DNA from: Azolla caroliniana
Lineage: Eukaryota > Plantae > Polypodiophyta
Direction: 5' to 3'
Assembly: GCA_043228905.1 (NCBI GenBank)
Contig: JBHGNT010001148.1
Coordinates: forward strand, 1 to 11,539
DNA length: 11,539 nt
Position numbers and translations under genes: made by a program. The notes beneath the pieces are model-generated. The model made no database searches, was not told the DNA's origin, and saw only the letters and a program-made list of their open reading frames with translations. Of the stretch, positions 9,041 to 11,539 are shown piece by piece (position 1 is the stretch's first letter; the number at the start of each line of letters is the position of its first letter).

Positions 9041-10041
9041 TAGAATATTGAACATCACACATTATCAAGAAAATGACTCAATTTGTTTCTCCTTTTACCA
9101 GCTCTTTGATATCCTTTGGGACAGATTAGCAATCATCATTCATATAAATGCATTAGGATCAACGGCCTAATCGTCTACTATAGCTAATTACACGCATACC
9201 ATGTGCATGTGAATACTGGATCCAACAATATACTATTTGTCAACTCCAACTTTGCTGCAATCTGCGAGAAGAATGCCAAATTCTATTAGGCCAATGCTTG
9301 GCCTACTAAATATTCTGCATATAATAATGCAAAAGTAATAGATTTGCAATAATTGTTGACGTTGTCATCATTACTGAACAGTATATCCATTAGTAGGTTG
9401 TAATTCCACCTCTCATTGCCAAAAAATAGAATATTTCTAAGAAATCAATCTTCTGATCCTCAACAATATTTCCTTACTAGGAAACATTTCACTGCCGCAC
9501 TTTGCATAATAAATGTTTAGGCCAACTCACAAAAAATGATGCGACTTCAATTAAAAGAATGCAAAACCAGAGTACACTTTGTACATTGACTCAACATATC
9601 AAGTTGATAATAAGCTACCCTCAACTGTGACCAGAACTTAATGACCAATCACTTCATGGAGAGTTATTTCTATAGCATTCCTCTCTTATCACAGCACTCA
9701 TTCATTAATTGTAATACCAAGGTAAATGAGCGACTCCAAATCACCTGTTTACAAGCATTTTTTGCATTGAAATAATCTTATAAACCACATACATGCCAAA
9801 TTTCTTAATAACTTAGTACGGCACCTGTCCTATCAACAGTCCACTACTACATGTGGGCATTTTACAAATTTACATGAGATTTTTCTGTATGTTCTCAAGA
9901 GGATAAGCCCTTGAGAGCATCACCTCAGTTGCTGATGGAAGAAAAATCATATGTTCCATGACCAGCCGACAACTACATTTGAGTATTCTACATGTTCTCA
10001 AGAGATTTTTCCATGTAGTCTTGAGTGGATCACCCCGGCTG

Positions 10042-10236
10042 CTAGTAGACAAATGATGGATTCATGGCTGTAGCAACCCGCTGTCGAAGGTTGAACTTTC
10101 TTGCAATAATAGGTCGAACATCATCCACATCGACCAATGTCTCTAAAAATGGTATAAGCCCCATTAGGGCACTATCCGATTTGTCTTCAAACCAACTCTC
10201 AATTGGAATGCCATTATCAACTTGGAAGCCAAAAGC
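10042..10236 (-). CDS. CTDSPL2: CTD small phosphatase-like protein (CTDSPL2/SSP4-5 type), terminal coding exon
   Basis: After the acceptor TTTTAG (AG at 10238-10237) it reads AFGFQVDNGIPIESWFEDKSDSALMGLIPFLETLVDVDDVRPIIARKFNLRQRVATAMNPSFVY*, 65 codons. This is the conserved FCP1/SCP C-terminus (NGIPIESW, DVRP). The exon is missing from the ORF track. Confidence 0.93.
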   Translation of the reverse strand, partial: AFGFQVDNGIPIESWFEDKSDSALMGLIPFLETLVDVDDVRPIIARKFNLRQRVATAMNPSFVY

Positions 10237-10334
10237 CTAAAACAAGCACAATACATATAATTTTCATATTCCCACTTTCTTCCATGGCGAAAGCTTTGAA
10301 TGTCAAAAAAACATAAAGCTTTGAAAAGGAGTAC
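10237..10334 (-). other. GT-AG intron (98 bp, phase 0) of the phosphatase gene
   Basis: CAG|GTACTC ... TGTTTTAG|GCT. Removal joins DNSPQ to AFGFQ in frame. Confidence 0.92.
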
Positions 10335-10672
10335 CTGAGGGGAGTTATCCACAATGACAACTTTGGATAAGTCACGACCTAAAATGGTTAGATCTTTCAG
10401 GTAATTGCCTTCAAAAAAAATGCATGAGTCTCTAAACACACGATGGCGAATCAATTGCTTTTTTGGATCCAACATATTTAGAAGTTGGTCCGCATAGACA
10501 CTTTGGCTGGCAGTAAACACAATTACTTCAAACATCTGAGCAACCTTTTCCATGAATGCCTGCAAATGAGGTCGACATCGCACACGTATGGTATACTCCT
10601 GAGAATTGAAGCTTACTGGAAAGGTGAAATCTGCATCTTCACAGTGCTCCAATGTGGAGTGAACCAAGGTCT
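10335..10672 (-). CDS. CTDSPL2: CTD small phosphatase-like protein, catalytic-domain exon
   Basis: (E)TLVHSTLEHCEDADFTFPVSFN...VRCRPHLQAFME...FTASQSVYADQLLNMLDP...RVFRDSC...YLKDLTILGRDLSKVVIVDNSPQ is a typical NIF/FCP1-homology domain. 338 bp, phase 1 to phase 0. Confidence 0.95.
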
Positions 10673-11040
10673 CTGGATATATTAAAATTAGTGTTCTATG
10701 AGATCTGTGAAAACCAAGATTTTGAACTTTGACTTTATGAATAAGAGAATGTGGTTATCATCAGGCTAGGCCAGAAAAGGGCTCCTTTGGATGACATACA
10801 CAATTTCAAGTTTCCTAAGAAATTTGAACTGGCAAGCAAGTAACATGGATAAACATGCGTGCCCCTAACTATTCGCATATTACCAGCATACTGCTTGGCT
10901 TTCAAAAATAACTGGAATACACATCTGTTTCACAAATTAGCAAAATATCCCTCAGTCTTTTTTAATTACCAGAACACCCGTCATATTTACTTAGGCCAAA
11001 TCTGTGATTAATGTGGTCGAAGTTTTAAGAAAAAACATAC
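10673..11040 (-). other. GT-AG intron (368 bp, phase 1) of the phosphatase gene
   Basis: GATG|GTATGT ... CTAAT (branch-like) ... ATCCAG|AGACC. Splicing restores the catalytic DLDET motif. Confidence 0.92.
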
Positions 11041-11539
11041 CATCCAGGTCTAAAACAAGTGTAACAGGAGGACAGCATTGCGTTTGTTTTGGAATCACTA
11101 TCGGAGGCCGACTTGACAATAGGAGTTCAGAGAGATCAGGCAAATGTTTTATGAAAAGATAAGGATCAAAGTCATTAAAGTCATCTTCATCTTCTATAGT
11201 ATCGACTTGTCCAGATGCATGGCTATCATCGAAAGTGTTAGTTTGTTGAATGACAAGGAATAATGACGACTCTTCAGAATCATGTAAACCATCTTCTATT
11301 CTCTCTGCCATTTGCTCGGGGTCTCTATTTTCAACCTCAAGAGACCATCCTAAGCAATTCCCACCTACAACAAGAGTTTTGCATGTGCCAAGTGCTTCGT
11401 CATCAGGGCTATTTGCATCAGAGTTAGCATGGCTGATCCCAAGTGGTGATGAGGCATCCATAACACTAGATTCTGGAGTTTCAGCCATTTCAATTGCTGT
11501 CCCATCACTTCTAAACTCCGGTTTCATGTCCTTTTTCTT
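11041..11539 (-). CDS. CTDSPL2: CTD small phosphatase-like protein, upstream exon (open at the window edge, probably 5'-partial)
   Basis: The frame is open from 11539. An acidic, low-complexity region is followed by DFDPYLFIKHLPDL (hallmark of CTDSPL2/plant SSP proteins) and PPVTLVLDLD, ending at a GT donor. Confidence 0.9.

Noticed and set aside
10030-10044. Stop context TAG-CAG-CCG close to the UAG-CAR-YYA readthrough signal
   Set aside because: The last position mismatches, and readthrough would add only four residues before TGA.
10164-10334. C-terminal part of the 167-aa ORF (and GMFFLK... of the 178-aa ORF) taken as protein
   Set aside because: These are run-ons into introns or the wrong frame; splicing gives the conserved phosphatase sequence.
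4029-11539. CML plus phosphatase as a functional Ca2+/phosphorylation gene cluster
   Set aside because: The genes are 5.3 kb apart, separated by repeat debris and differ in composition. Adjacency alone is not evidence without synteny or co-expression data.

Overview
Eukaryotic, land-plant-type nuclear DNA (GT-AG introns, AT-rich intergenic sequence, decayed transposons). There are two host genes, both on the minus strand. One is an intronless, GC-rich calmodulin-like EF-hand gene (4029-4736, CML42/43/44 type, three intact EF loops). The other is the last three coding exons of a CTD small phosphatase (CTDSPL2/plant SSP4-5 type, HAD DxDxT family): join(complement(10042..10236, 10335..10672, 11041..>11539)). 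The rest is repeat debris: the 3' end of an L1-type LINE (1-~1239), a 188-bp Tourist-like MITE with TAA target duplication and a duplicated right arm (1307-1494), two local tandem duplications (1721-1946 old, 2951-3118 perfect), a second small LINE fragment (~5461-5730), a possible very old hAT relic, and a repeat-rich non-autonomous element (8674-9040). I see no convincing evidence of a new multi-gene system. The items most worth checking are the CML upstream region (RY motifs, many upstream ATGs, a uORF overlapping the start codon) and the two-register MITE hairpin. All family assignments are by eye from recalled motifs; no searches were run.
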